Part shown: in pieces, positions 35,993 through 50,560 of the stretch
How the letters are laid out: the number at the start of each line of letters is the position of its first letter
Position numbering within the stretch: position 1 is the stretch's first letter
From: Octopus bimaculoides
Lineage: Eukaryota
Assembly (NCBI RefSeq): GCF_001194135.2
Contig: NC_068992.1
Coordinates: forward strand, 9,262,943-9,326,942
Length of the DNA stretch: 64,000 bases
Direction of reading: 5' to 3'
Program-made: the position numbers and the translations under genes
The notes under the pieces: generated by a model
What the model saw: only the letters and a program-made list of their open reading frames with translations
What the model was told of the DNA's origin: nothing
The model's database searches: none

Positions 35993-36537
35993 TATAAAGA
36001 ATATATAGATGATCTGCCATTCTTGACACGAATGCTGCCAATTAAGAAAGAAAATCTCCCGTTTTAACGAAAATCATTCAGTAGCGAAAAGTATGATTTT
36101 AAACATTAGCTGTCATAATATATGTAATTTATTTCCGACGGAAAAACACTTGAGTGACAAAAATTAAAATAACAAAGCAAGATCTTTTACAAGAAATCAA
36201 TTGATTGACAACCATGAGAAATTTAGCTTTTCGTTAACTCTTTTTCTGAAGATAAATTCTTACTTAAGGAATGAAAATAGTTGTGAAAATATATTTTGGA
36301 TAGAAAGTTGTCTGACGTCGTTGGTTCGAATGTGTTGGTAAAATTATTGCTTAACCCAAGGATCATTAGCAGACGCATAATGCAAAAAAAAAAAAAAAAT
36401 GTTCCAGCTATGGCTATTCTGTCTTTTTAGATATCTAGTCTACATTGTCTAATGTGTCCTTCCGTTTTAAGATGAGAAGATGTAATTTGAGAAAGCTTCA
36501 GCTACTATATCAAGCCGGTCTCCCTTCGTTACGAGTA

Positions 36538-36924
36538 TTGTTGTTGTTGACACTCCGTCGCTTACGACGTCGAGGGTTCCAGTTGATCCGATCAACGGAA
36601 CAGCCTGCTCGTGAAATTAACGTGCAAGTGGCTGAGCACTCCACAGACGCATGTACCCTTAACGTAGTTCTCGGGGATATTCAGCATGACACAGTGTGAC
36701 AAGGCTGACCCTTTGGAATACAGGCACAACAGAAACAGGAAGTAAGAGTGAGAGAAAGTTGTGGTGAAAGAGTACAGCAGGGTTCACCACCATCCCCTGC
36801 CGGAGCCTCGTGGAGCTTTAGGTGTTTTCGCTCAATAAACACTCACAACGACCGGTCTGGGAATCGAAACCACGATCCTATGACCACGTGTCCGCTGCCC
36901 TAACCACTGGGCCATTGCGCCTCC
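36538..36924 (-). mobile_element. SINE family A, full length
   Basis: Complete ~385-bp copy with (CAA)n tail; flanks carry CGTTACGAGT and CGTTTCGAGT, a possible TSD. Confidence 0.93.
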
Positions 36925-36957
36925 ACCGTTTCGAGTGTATATTGATTTTAAATGTAT

Positions 36958-37350
36958 AACGCCATACTGGAGTTGAAAGTATAACGACATAGAGGAGTCA
37001 GAAGTACAATATCATTGAATAAACGACATCATATTGAAGTTAACATCTAAGAAGGACATGCTGGAATGACAACCAAGATTGAGTTGAATGTCTAACACCA
37101 TCTTAGGGTCGGAGGCGCGAATTATACTGGAGTTTGGATGTGTGATGACAGATAGGAATCGGATGAAAAACGTTACGCTGGACTTAAATATGTAAAACCA
37201 TACTGGAGTTGATTATAAAACGACATATTGGAGCTGAATATATAGCGCCATATTGGAGTTGAATGAATAACGCTACGCTAGAGTTGATTCTCTAACGTCA
37301 AGATGGAGTTGAATCCGTAACGCTATGCTGGAAGTGGGTGTTCAACGTAG
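36958..37350. repeat. Degenerate 25-bp minisatellite
   Basis: About 14 units of AACG(A/C)CATA(C/T)TGGAGTTGAAT-like sequence; exact 25-bp period at 37219-37344. Confidence 0.75.
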
Positions 37351-37757
37351 TTAATAGATTTTATAAACTCCTTTCTATTTTGCTATTTACTCTTTGAAAG
37401 CTGATAAAAGAACGGAATTACTGAGAATGGAGAACTGATGAACTTTACATTTGAAGCTATTTCATTCTTTACAAATAGAACCATAACAGCCACAATAATC
37501 TCTAATGCCATTAACGTTCCCTGGTGATCGATCACCTCCGAGGAAAATTTTTCAAACACCCTACACGCACGCACACACGCACACACACACGCACACACGC
37601 ATACGCACACACACACACATATATGTATATATGCATGTGTAGATATATGTATAAATATATATGCATATATTTATATATGTATATATATATAATATATATA
37701 TATGTATATATACATCTATAGATATATGAATAAATATATATATTTATATGTATATGT

Positions 37758-37822
<65 letters not shown>

Positions 37823-38197
37823 NNNNNNNNNNNNNNNNNNNNNNNNNNNNNNNNNNNNNNNNNNNNNNNNNNNNNNNNNNNNNNNNNNNNNNNNNNNNNN
37901 NNNNNNNNNNNNNNNNNNNNNNNNNNNNNNNNNNNNNNNNNNNNNNNNNNNNNNNNNNNNNNNNNNNNNNNNNNNNNNNNNNNNNNNNNNNNNNNNNNNN
38001 NNNNNNNNNNNNNNNNNNNNNNNNNNNNNNNNNNNNNNNNNNNNNNNNNNNNNNNTATATGTATCTCGAGTGCGTTGAATAAACTGTCGTCTAAATTACG
38101 CAAAAATGAAAATAAGACTGACATCTCATTGTATCAGTTATTTTATTTTTTTTTATCAAAATTACATAAAAATATCTTGAAATAATAAAGAGTAAAT

Positions 38198-38632
38198 TTA
38201 TTCAATAAAATCGCCATTGGCTTCAACCACGGCGTCCAGGCGACTTTGGAATCTCCTGCAGCTCTTCTGGACGGTCTCTTGGTTTAAGTTGATGAATGCT
38301 GCTGTTGATGAATCTTTGCTTTCAGTTCATCTTTGGTGTTACAAGGAACTTTGTGGGCATCTCGCTCAACTGCGCCCCACACATAATAATCAAGCGGGTT
38401 GTAGTCTGGGGAATTGGGTGACCAGATGTTAGGGGTGATGTGGTCGCATAAATTGTCTGAAAATTATGACTGAGTTCTCCTGCTTATGTAACATGATGCA
38501 GAGTCCTGTTGCCAATCACAGGGTCTTCCAGCAGCCACCCTCTTCACCCAGGGCAGCACTACCTCCTCCGGGCACTTGATGTAGGCTTCCATGTTGAGTC
38601 TGAAGCCGTGTGGGAAGATGAATGGAGGCAGC
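38198..38632 (-). pseudogene. DD37D (maT-like, IS630-Tc1-mariner superfamily) transposase C-terminal relic
   Basis: WQQDSA...WSPNSPDYNPLDYYVWG with 37 residues between the two Asp; ends RRFQSRLDAVVEANGDFIE*; one internal stop and one frameshift. Confidence 0.9.
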
Positions 38633-39223
38633 AGTCTTAAAAACTCTTCAAAGTGGTGCCACAGCATGGCCACAGTCCAGTGACAGACACCAGCAAAAGA
38701 ATAGAAGAAAATAGAATAATGAATGATTTAATGCATTTTTGAAACGATTCAGTGAACTTTAAAGACACTTTGCGCAATCCTGGTATTCTTTTTTATCACT
38801 TCTAGAATTTATTTTTATATTTTTATTTAAAGAATTATTTTAATAGAACGTGACAACTTGAATGTTTTTTTTTATAAAGAAATTATGTTCATATTTGCTA
38901 TAATTCGATTAATTGTTGATTCGTTCAACTGTTTCTTCGATTAATTGATTTTACGTTTTTCATAAAAAATATCTTAATAAAGCGTGACTGAATAATCTAG
39001 AAAAAAATGTTCCTATTTTCTCTAATTCAATTAAGTATTGATTCCTGCAATCTTTTCTTCCATTAATTGTTTTTACATTTTTCATAAAAAATATTTTAAT
39101 AAAACTTGACGACATAATCCTTTAAAAAAAAATTATTCTAATATTCGCTATGATTGAACCGAGCGACTTCTTCGACAAACCTTATTTCGATCGACTGCGT
39201 TCGGTCAACTGTCCTCATTATTG

Positions 39224-39610
39224 GTTGTTGTTGGCACTCCGTCGCTTACGACGTCGATGGTTCCAGTTGTTCCGATCAACAGAACAGCCTGCTCGTGAAA
39301 TTAACGTGCAAGTGGCTGAGCACTCCACAGACACGTGTACCCTTAACGTAGTTCTCGGAGATATTCAGCGTGATACAGTGTGACAAGGCTGACCCTTTTG
39401 CATTACAGGCACAACAGAAACAGGAAGTAAGAGTGAGAGAAAGTTGTGGTGGAAGAGTACAGCAGGGTTCGCCACCATCCACTGCCGGAGCCTCGTGGAG
39501 CTTTTAGGTGTTCTCGCTCAATAAACACCCACAACGACCGGTCTGGGAATCGAAACCGCAATCCTATGACCACGAGTCCGCTGCCCTAACCACTGGGCCA
39601 TTGCGCCTCC
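39224..39610 (-). mobile_element. SINE family A, full length with TSD
   Basis: Complete copy; ACTGTCCTCAT at 39208-39218 and 39613-39623. Confidence 0.93.
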
Positions 39611-39694
39611 ACACTGTCCTCATATGACATAAAGAACACGATGGCCGTGATCTGCTTTTGTATAAGTCTGCGCGGTCTGGGCCCACCTGGAGCG

Positions 39695-39845
39695 GGCGAC
39701 GAACTGGCAGAGTTACTACAGCGTCACATTACATGCATTGGAGTAATCGTTTTGTCTCTCTGAGACCTGAGTTCACATCCTACTGGATGTGAACTTTATC
39801 TTTCATCCCTTCGGTGTCAATAAATAAAGTATCACCCCAGTACAG
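39695..39845 (+). mobile_element. SINE family C, decayed
   Basis: GGCGACGAACTGGCAGAG...CTGAGTTCACATCC...CTTTCATCCCTTCGGTGTCAATAAATAAAGTA. Confidence 0.65.
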
Positions 39846-40202
39846 GTATTGATTCTTCTTTCAGTCTTTCTCGAGTGTATCTATGAATCAATGACCCAGT
39901 CTAGTCACCGTGTTATGCTATTTCTGCCTGAGGGTTACGTTAAGGGTACACGTGAGTCTGTCCAATGCACAACTGCTTAATTGTTGACTTCAAGAGTAGG
40001 AGTTAAGCTGGTTGAAAAACGGAATAGTCATCAAAGGCCGACGAAGAATCCACCATGCGCTGCAATATGAGCCAAAAAAGGGAGCATCTGCGTTGACGCT
40101 CGACCTAGTAGAAATAGCAGCAAAATTTCTTTCAAATTACACGCTACCATCTTGAAAATGGAAGGACGCATTGGATGATATAGTTCAACACTCCAGAGTT
40201 TA

Positions 40203-40627
40203 TTCTTTTATTCTTTCATTTGTCTCAGTCATTTGACTGCGGCCATGCTGGAGCACCGCCATTAGTTGAACAAATCAACCTTACGACTTATTCTTTGTAA
40301 GCCTAGTACTTATTCTATCGGTCTCTTTGGCCGAACCGCTTATTTACAGGGACGTAAACACATGAACATCGGTTGTCAAGCGATGGTGGGGGACAAACAC
40401 AAACAAGCACGTACATACAAACACACACACACAGACACACACATAAACACACACACATAAACACACACACACATATATATATATATATACACGACGGGCT
40501 TCTTTCGGGCTTTGGTCGGCCCGAGGCTATACTAGAAGACATTTGCTCAAATTGCCACGCAGTGGGACTGAACCCAGAACTATGTGGTTGGTAAGCAAGC
40601 TACTTACCACACAGCCACTCCTGCGCC
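40203..40627 (-). mobile_element. SINE family B, full length
   Basis: Tail, body, internal microsatellite and head ending ACACAGCCACTCCTGCGCC. Confidence 0.9.
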
Positions 40628-40949
40628 TATAGCCACTCCTATACACATTACTTTAAAACTATTAAGGCTTATTGTTTCATTCCATTCTATTTGAAGCTAA
40701 CGATGGAGATATTGCCTGGTCATCTGATCTGCTAGATATCGCAGCTAAATTCCATTTGAAATCACACTTTAGAATCTTCAATATAAAATGCAGGAAACAT
40801 TGGATTGATGTTATATTTTTAGATAAGATGGACTGTTACGGCTGGATAATGCAATTTAAAATATGTAAAGTGGGTGGGGGCCATAATTGGAGCATCTTTA
40901 GTGATAGGGGGTCTTGTCATTTTGAGCAGTCCTGGAGCTAAACAAGAGT

Positions 40950-40993
<44 letters not shown>

Positions 40994-41727
40994 CAACAAC
41001 AACGACAACGATAAAGGTAACTAAAACGACAACAATATTTAATAGGAAAACATCATTTAATTTATTAGGAAATTTCGTAATAAAAATGCAAATTGAGAGA
41101 TTACTGTTTAAATATATTTAAAGAAATTTATGTAACATGGTTAAAAGATGGAAAATAGCGGAGAGAGGGTAGAAGACTAAACACAAGAATGATACCTTGA
41201 TTGTGTATATATGCATGTGTGTTCTATGTATGTATGTATGTATGTATGTATGTATGTATGTAGGTTTGTGCTTGTAGCTTTCTGAATGTGAAAAAGGAAA
41301 AAGAATTAAAAGCCGGTAAAATGGTAAAAGAAAAATAGAGAGAGAGAAGGAAGAGAGAGAAAGAGAGGGAGAGATGGAATCGGTGAATAAAGAAAGCGAA
41401 GAGAAAGAAAGACTAAAAGAAGAATGAATGAAAAGAAGAAAAATGAAAAGGAAGAAGACGAAGTAAAGAAAAGATGAGCGAAATGAGGAGGAAGAGGAAG
41501 AGAAAAAGATAAGACTGAGAGTGGGAAGAGAAACATATATNNNNNNNNNNNNNNNNNNNNNNNNNNNNNNNNNNNNNNNNNNNNNNNNNNNNNNNNNNNN
41601 NNNNNNNNNNNNNNNNNNNNNNNNTATATATATATATGTATATGTATATGTGTATGTATAAGTATATGTATATACACACATAAATATATATTGTATACGT
41701 TCACACGCACACACATATATGTATATA

Positions 41728-41836
<109 letters not shown>

Positions 41837-43045
41837 TGAGCAAGACATAAAAGAAGCATTGATTTAAATCCATGCTAAGAGATGTCAATATGAAGTAGAA
41901 GAAAGCTTTATCATTTGATGGTGATTGAAAGATGTGCAGAGGCGATACAATACCATCAAAGATGTCAGCACTATATGTGTCTGTATGTGTGTATAAGTAT
42001 GACTGTATATATGTGTATACGTGTGTGGGCTTGTATGTGTATGTATGTACGTATGTATGTATGTATGCATGTACGTATGTACGTATGTATGTATGTATGT
42101 GTGTGTGGGTATGTATGTATCCATGCAAGTATGTATGTATGTATGTATGTATGTATGTATGTATGTATGTATGTAGATATCAGGTTTCGATATCTGTTGC
42201 ATATTGTAGATAACAGCAATTGATAGCAATAGCATATTGCAAATAGCAACAGGAGAATCTAGTTCAATATTTGATAGCTAGAGGCAATTTATCAATCGAT
42301 GTTCGTCTCTTTGATATTCTACTGGTTTAAGGATTGTCAATCTAAGAGCAAATGATGGATATTTCTATTTAAAAGAGGCAGAAAGCGGCAAAGAGATCGA
42401 AATAGACGGAGAGAGAAAGGTAAAAACAAAAGAGGGGTAGCGACGGAGTGGAAGAAAGTGTTGAGAGAAAGTAAGTATACTTGTTAACGTACACGGCTTT
42501 GTTCCTCTTTATTTGCACACCTCCTCTATACTCTCCTTTTCATTTTAATCCACTTTCACAATGACCATGTCATTATACCGAAGTCATAAATCAACGACCA
42601 TTAATAATACACACATATACACACAGGCATATAAATACATGCAGATACATGCACACACACATATAATACACATACATACGTATACACACACACACACGTG
42701 CGCACATATACACATGTGTTCATATATATACTTTCTCACACACAAATACTCATGCCTAGCTACACTTGTTCAACTCCGAGTTTTTCCTCCCTGTGTACTT
42801 CCGCACAAAAATAAATATGGAATTTGAATTATGAACAGGTGCAAAAATGCCCTACACATGAACATAGCTCTACTTACACCTTTTACTTGTTTATACGCCT
42901 AAACGCGCGCGTGCACGCAAGCATGCACTCACCCACCCACCCATACACACTCGGGCCCACACGCGTTCTACACCTGTTCAGATGAAGCGTGCAATTATAG
43001 CAAATGTTCTGAGAGAAGTCTTTTAGGTAACATGTTTATGCGGTT

Positions 43046-43500
43046 AGGCGTAGGCGCAGCTGTGTGATGTACAACTCCATTGCCCAACCACATGGTTTCG
43101 GGTTCAGTTCTGCTGCTGGCCATCTTGGGTAAATATCTTTTATTATAGCCCAGACGAGGCTGTGTAATAAGAATTTTGGTTCCTAACCACATGGCTCCGA
43201 GTTCATCCCACTGCGTGGTACCTTGAGCAAGTGCCTTCTATTATAGCCCCGGGCCGACCAAAGCCTTGTGACTGGATTTGGTAAGCGGAAACTGAAAGAA
43301 CCCGTTATATTGGTGAGGGTGTGTGTGTGTATGTGTTTCCTCCACCACCGTTTGACAACCGATGTTGGTCTGTCTATGTTCCCGTAACTTAGCGGTCCGA
43401 CAAATGATACCGATAGAATAAGTACCAGACTTTAAAAATATGTTCTGGGCTCGATTCGTTCGGCTAAAATTCTTCAAGGTGTTGTCCCAGCATGGCCGCA
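43046..43500 (+). mobile_element. SINE family B head followed by a second, nearly full-length copy
   Basis: Two AACCACATGG...GGTTCA heads (~43090 and ~43185); second continues to CCCAGCATGGCCGCA. Confidence 0.8.
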
Positions 43501-43610
43501 TGTGTGTATTGTCTACTTAAAGATAAGTACTTGGTCTATACGATGAAGCAAATACGAGTTACTCCCTGTGTGTGTGTGTGTGTGTGTGAGTGAGTGTGTG
43601 TGTGTGTGTC

Positions 43611-43647
<37 letters not shown>

Positions 43648-46600
43648 ACGTGTGTGTGTGTGTGTGTGTGAGTGAGTGTGTGTGTGTGTGTCTATGTGTN
43701 NNNNNNNNNNNNNNNNNNNNNNNNNNNNNNNNNNNNNNNNNNNNNNNNNNNNNNNNNNNNNNNNNNNNNNNNNNNNNNNNNNNNNNNNNNNNNNNNNNNN
43801 NNNNNNNNNNNNNNNNNNNNNNNNNNNNNNNNNNNNNNNNNNNNNNNNNNNNNNNNNNNNNNNNNNNNNNNNNNNNNNNNNNNNNNNNNNNNNNNNNNNN
43901 NNNNNNNNNNNNNNNNNNNNNNNNNNNNNNNNNNNNNNNNNNNNNNNNNNNNNNNNNNNNNNNNNNNNNNNNNNNNNNNNNNNNNNNNNNNNNNNNNNNN
44001 NNNNNNNNNNNNNNNNNNNNNNNNNNNNNNNNNNNNNNNNNNNNNNNNNNNNNNNNNNNNNNNNNNNNNNNNNNNNNNNNNNNNNNNNNNNNNNNNNNNN
44101 NNNNNNNNNNNNNNNNNNNNNNNNNNNNNNNNNNNNNNNNNNNNNNNNNNNNNNNNNNNNNNNNNNNNNNNNNNNNNNNNNNNNNNNNNNNNNNNNNNNN
44201 NNNNNNNNNNNNNNNNNNNNNNNNNNNNNNNNNNNNNNNNNNNNNNNNNNNNNNNNNNNNNNNNNNNNNNNNNNNNNNNNNNNNNNNNNNNNNNNNNNNN
44301 NNNNNNNNNNNNNNNNNNNNNNNNNNNNNNNNNNNNNNNNNNNNNNNNNNNNNNNNNNNNNNNNNNNNNNNNNNNNNNNNNNNNNNNNNNNNNNNNNNNN
44401 NNNNNNNNNNNNNNNNNNNNNNNNNNNNNNNNNNNNNNNNNNNNNNNNNGTGTGTGTGTGTGAAAGAAAGAAATATAATGACATTTTTAAGCCAGTAAAA
44501 AAAAAATGAAACGTGTTTAAAAAATTGTAGGAAAAAATGTTTTGATTTCAATATTTTTTGAAAAGAAAGATTCTTTTTTTTCTTTCTTTCTTTCTTTCTT
44601 TCTTTCACCCCACCCCGTCCTTTCTATCCTATTTATATTCTTTTAATGCAATCAGAGATTAAATAAGATGAAGGCTCTCTACCCCTACCCAAACAATCTA
44701 CCGAGGAAGACAAAATCCTATCTTTAATTCTTCTCTTAATCGATTACTGAATATTTCTTGTGTATTGAAACGTTTAGAAAGGGTAAAATAAGCTGATTCT
44801 GGGATTATTAAGCTGCGAGGATTAAGGGGAACATTAATCCGTCTGTCACAAAAATAACGTTAAACTTCTTTCCGTGTTTAAAGATTTAGTGATAAAGATG
44901 GCAGTGGTTTCAGTTCGACTTGTTGTTGTTGTTGTTGTTGGTATTTTTATTCTTCATCACCTTTTACATTAGCGCTTTCGTCTTTTTCACCGTCGTCCTT
45001 TTCACTTCAAGCTTCGTCGTCATCGTCGTCATCGTCTATCCCTCCCACCTCTTTCGTCTCTTTCACTTCACCGACGTCTTCCTCCTTTAGTTTCTTTATT
45101 TCCTTCCTTTCTTTTACTTCTTTACTTTTCTTTTTTCTTTCTTCTCTTCTGTTATTCTCTGCCTTTCATTGAATTATAAAACACTCACACATTAAAGACA
45201 GTCAATTATATTCTTTTGATTTCTCAAAGGACCCCCAAATAGGCTGCGGGTGTTGTCTCGATCCTAGTTAACAGCTATAAGAAATAAATTCTGATATAAT
45301 CCCAATATCTCTTATTTGTGTGGGGGTGGGGGTAGGGGACTAAAAAATAAGGGAAATTTTAAAAGTTTGTACATAACCTTCATTTATGTGGTTAGTGAAG
45401 TCATTTAAGGGGGGAAAAACTGATATCAAAACTGACCAACTGACTTCAAAACACGGAAGATTCTCTTTATCGTTTGTTGGCAACTTTGTTTCGTTTCATT
45501 TGTGACTATGCATATAATGTCTCGTTTCCTACGGCAGCATATCTGTAAATCATCAATAGTAATAATATTCACTGTCGGTTGATCACGCTAAAAATGTCAT
45601 GCTGCCTTTTATGGAATTAAAATGTTACATCTGTAATTAATTGATAGCCAAACAGTATTATGGTTATTGATAACATATTTATTGCAAATATACAAATGAG
45701 AAATGTGCTTCTCTTTTTTTTTTAATGTTATTTTAATTTCATAAATATTTTATTTCGAAAATTGCTATTCACTTCATTATTTTGTATAAAAGCACCATGA
45801 AATTGGAAAAAAGTAAAATTATAATTATTGAGCCGATATAACATTAATTGACTTTACAGTGGCAAAAAGTCTATACCAACATTAAATCACTGTCACATGA
45901 CGGTTAAATAACGCTTCTCGTTTTATCAGTGGACAACGGTACACTAGTGAATAATATCAGTTTAGCAATGATCTAAAACACAGCCGAATCTTTCACGGAG
46001 CATTTCTGACGTCATTGGAGCAGATAATGGTTAATCAACTTTAAATTTTCCAGATGCAAGCAATTATTAAATTAAGTATTAAGTCAGAACAAATTTGTAT
46101 ATTTTAAAACACTAAATGCGGAATTTGTTGTTGCTGTCTCCCCTTTGTTGTCCACGAACATGAAACAAGAAGTCATTTGGGAGTGCAGAAAGGAACAACT
46201 GGATGTGATATAATCATTTATGGCTGATTAGTCTGATGCAAGGAAAAATCTCTGAAGCAAGTCTGGTCCATGTAATTCGCTAGAATAACAAGTTTCCTCT
46301 GTAGCTTAGTAGTTCTACTCTACTTGAAAGAGACAGAACCTTTTGTAATATTATTGCACCATTTTGGGCGGTATTATGCAACGATGACTGTAATGTTGTG
46401 ATGGTATGCATTGTGATGATGGTTGTTCTATTGTGACAGCAGTTTATCGCAGTACTTTTGTTAAGTCTTTTATTGTTTGTGCTAAAATTGCATGGTAAAA
46501 CTATAGTCGTGGCGCTACATTAGAGAAGTGAAAACTAAAATACGTTCTGAAACAAATCTCGACGCATTTCTTTGAATGAGACAAAGCCACGTTCTACTTT

Positions 46601-47992
46601 TGACAAACAAGTTATCAGAGAACAAAATCATTTTATTAATAATTTTTCATTTCGATGCATTTGAAAATTATTAGTATTTCTCCTGTTAATAACGTCTATT
46701 GATAATCTTTTGTTATAGCGTTTAAATATTTCTGTAATGGTAAAATGATTTTCTTTCATCTCCACATAATATTTCAGTTATTTGCATGAAAACAATACAG
46801 CTACCATGTTCCAAACCTTGTTTAAGAGGCGAATACACATTCTACAACTTCCAGTTCTTTTTCTAAATGCTAAAACCAATAATTGTTTTCTAAAGTATTA
46901 ACTATTCATCTCCAAGAACTAGAATCCTACCGATAAAATAAGTCTACTGAAACTTTATCGTCTAAATTCCAGCACTCAAATGCCAACAACAGATGCACTT
47001 AACTTTATCTTCAACGTCAGGTAACATTTTCTAGACGAATTGAAACAAGCAGATTTACGTCCTTGCCCTGAGCCACAACTAAATGCCTGCAGTGGATTTG
47101 AACACAAAACAACGAGCATACGGTTTATCTATTCGGACATTTTGTATCTATTTTGACAGTTCTGAAGATAAAAATTAACTTATCTAATGATAAGAAGCAA
47201 CATTGAAAGGAAGGAAGCTTAAAATACACACACAAACCCACACACTCACACACACATATACACACACAAACAAACACACACACACATACTCACACATACT
47301 CACACACAGAGAAAAAAACAAATAAAAACGGTAAAAATAATTTTGTTTTCTATTCTTTAGCTGTCGCCATTAATCAACAAAGATATCCTGGTTGAGGGCA
47401 AAATATGCTTCGCAAGAATTCATTATTTGATCTTCAAATGATTAGACTATTGCTAATAGCAAAAGAATTTCATGACAAGAAAATTAGATAGCTCGTTTGA
47501 TATAGAAAGAAATATGTTTAGTTGTTTATTTGAGAGTAAAAAGCAATTACGTAAATGAAATAACGGTTTTTTCCCCTTCATTATGCAACACATACTGAAT
47601 ATTACCGAAGACCAAAAGGTATTTTCTTTACAAAAACCTAGTTAGAAATGTCTTCTGACTCATCAACGTTCATGGTTTATATTGATGTTGTAGTATAACA
47701 AAGGGCATGTCAGCCTGGTGGGAATATCTTTCTGAAAGTTAAACCCGCGAGATAACGCGATTGCTTTCCTTCAAGCTAATGAAGGACTTTTCAATTACAG
47801 AGTCGTTAGTGGAATTTGAATTTGTAGCGAGAAAATGCACTCCTTTGCAAGATCTTTCTTTTTTTTTTTTTTACCTAGTAGTAGTTCGATAAATGACTTT
47901 GGAATGAGATACACTGCAGCACCGACGCCGAATTAGATTTTGATGGCCATTCGAGCAGGTAACCAGAATTCTACAAACACGATTAGTTGCAA

Positions 47993-48106
<114 letters not shown>

Positions 48107-48344
48107 CACACACACACACACACAACCCCCCTACACACAATCGCACGCACACACACATGAAGGTGTATCACGTGTCCTTTGTGAAAATTTTAGTGTAAAG
48201 GGTGGTAACTGAATATTGGAAATCATTTAGTCCGGCATTCTATCGATAATTCTAATTATGGTTTTTGATTTAGAGCGACAGTTTTGAGGTGGGTGGGGAT
48301 GTTAGTCGATAACATCGACTTAATAATAATGATGAGGATGATGA

Positions 48345-48525
48345 TTTCAAATTTTGGCACAAGGCCAGCATGTTCGGGTGAAGGGGTTAAATCGATTACA
48401 TCGATTCCGGTACGTGACTGGTGCTTATTTGATAGATCATGGAATGGTGAAAGGTAAAATCGACTCGGCGGAATCTGAACTAAAAATGAGAAAACGGACG
48501 AAATGCCGCTAAGCCTTTTGTGCAC
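48345..48525 (-). mobile_element. SINE family C
   Basis: TTTTGGCACAAGGCCAGC...ATCGATTACATCGA...GAAAGGTAAAATCGACTCGGCGGAATCTGAACT...GAAATGCCGCTAAGC. Confidence 0.8.
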
Positions 48526-49899
48526 TTCATTGTGTTTTGTTATGTGCGTGATCTCGCAGTCCGTGGAAAAAAATGTACTGCATGAAACCGGTATGTGGTG
48601 CAAAATGAAAAGTTAGGGACTACTGACGTAAAGGGAAAGATCTGTGAAAGATATATGCGTGTGTGTGTACATATGTATTGCACATAACGTAAGAAGATGG
48701 ACAACCTGTGATTTCCTTTTCACAGTTGATAAGAGGTGAATCTTGCATTATTGATAGTTGCAATTTATCTTTCATACAGATATATAATATATGAGTGCTT
48801 ATCTACTAAATTCTGCTGAGTGTATAGGACAATATGTTCATACATTTATAATTCATATATACCCGCGTACATATATACATATGTATGCACATACATAAAT
48901 ACGTACATGTTTATCTCTAAACAGATACGTGTATACTTATATGCCTACATATATATCTTTCTTGAATGTCTAAATATATATATATGTATGTGTGTGTATG
49001 TCTACTTATGCGCAGAAGCGCACATACACACACAGACTCTCATAAATATACTCATTTACACATATTGGATCTGTACATACATATCGATGAATCGAAATTT
49101 AAAACTAGAAAACTAAAAAAGGAAATAAAAAGCAACAAAAATACTTCGCCTCGGAAAAACAAAATATATTGATATGAAAACACATAGAAGAAAAAAAACA
49201 GACATACACATACAAACACACATGCATGTACATATACACGCAAAAGAAACACACACATACATAAGAACATACATACTCTCATTTATCAATGAAAGTGAGG
49301 TGTTGCATTTCACCCGACCAACCCCACATGCAGACTCAAGCATATTGTGACATTGTGTCTGTCTAATATACAAAACAATGAAACGCAATGAAGATATGAA
49401 TTGATACCATTCATAAACACATTGAGCTATAAAGAGACTCTTTATGCCAAATATTCACTTTACTAAAATATACCCCACCCTTTCACATATGCAAACACAG
49501 CACTTTCTCCTAAGTATACGCTTTACCAGCGCTCTCGCCACCCTAACTATTCATTGTCACCTAATTAAAGATACAATTGGGAATAATTGAATGAAAGATG
49601 CTTTTCTCTACAGCATTTGGACAATCGAACACAGAATTCTTTGGGTGTTTTATTCAATAATAATATTCTAACAAGTCTTATAACAGTCTATTGACACTGA
49701 TTTTTATTTAACTTTCTTAGAGAAGCAGGAATATTCATTTGTTTTATTTCTTTTAGTTATCCTGTGGAATGTATTGACTTTTATGGTCAATCAAAAGCAA
49801 CTAATGTATTCGTTTCAGTCTTTTTTCAGCTGATCACCGAATACGTAGGTGTTTGCCTCTCTTGCTTTTTCTCTCTTCTTCTTTCTTTTTCTGTCTGTC

Positions 49900-49956
<57 letters not shown>

Positions 49957-50560
49957 AGAGGGAGAGAGAAAGANNNNNNNNNNNNNNNNNNNNNNNNNNN
50001 NNNNNNNNNNNNNNNNNNNNNNNNNNNNNNNNNNNNNNNNNNNNNNNNNNNNNNNNNNNNNNNNNNNNNNNNNNNNNNNNNNNNNNNNNNNNNNNNNNNN
50101 NNNNNNNNNNNNNNNNNNNNNNNNNNNNNNNNNNNNNNNNNNNNNNNNNNNNNNNNNNNNNNNNNNNNNNNNNNNNNNNNNNNNNNNNNNNNNNNNNNNN
50201 NNNNNNNNNNNNNNNNNNNNNNNNNNNNNNNNNNNNNNNNNNNNNNNNNNNNNNNNNNNNNNNNNNNNNNNNNNNNNNNNNNNNNNNNNNNNNNNNNNNN
50301 NNNNNNNNNNNNNNNNNNNNNNNNNNNNNNNNNNNNNNNNNNNNNNNNNNNNNNNNNNNNNNNNNNNNNNNNNNNNNNNNNNNNNNNNNNNNNNNNNNNN
50401 NNNTATGTATCTTTTAAATTTCTTAACGGGAATCGTTTTGAATATGCAAATAAAGCTCCTATTTCATTATGCCGACCACAGTCTAATGATGCTGACTGGT
50501 GAGCCACTTATTTGGATTTGCAGGATTTGCATCGATCTATACCGATATAATGTAGGATAA

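Noticed and set aside
40672-40941. 89-aa ORF
   Set aside because: Overlaps a fragment of a dispersed repeat; no domain signature.
44900-45170. Acidic/lysine-rich minus-strand reading (KEIKKLKEEDVGEV...DDDDDEA)
   Set aside because: Low-complexity purine-rich tract with in-frame stops and no start or splice support.
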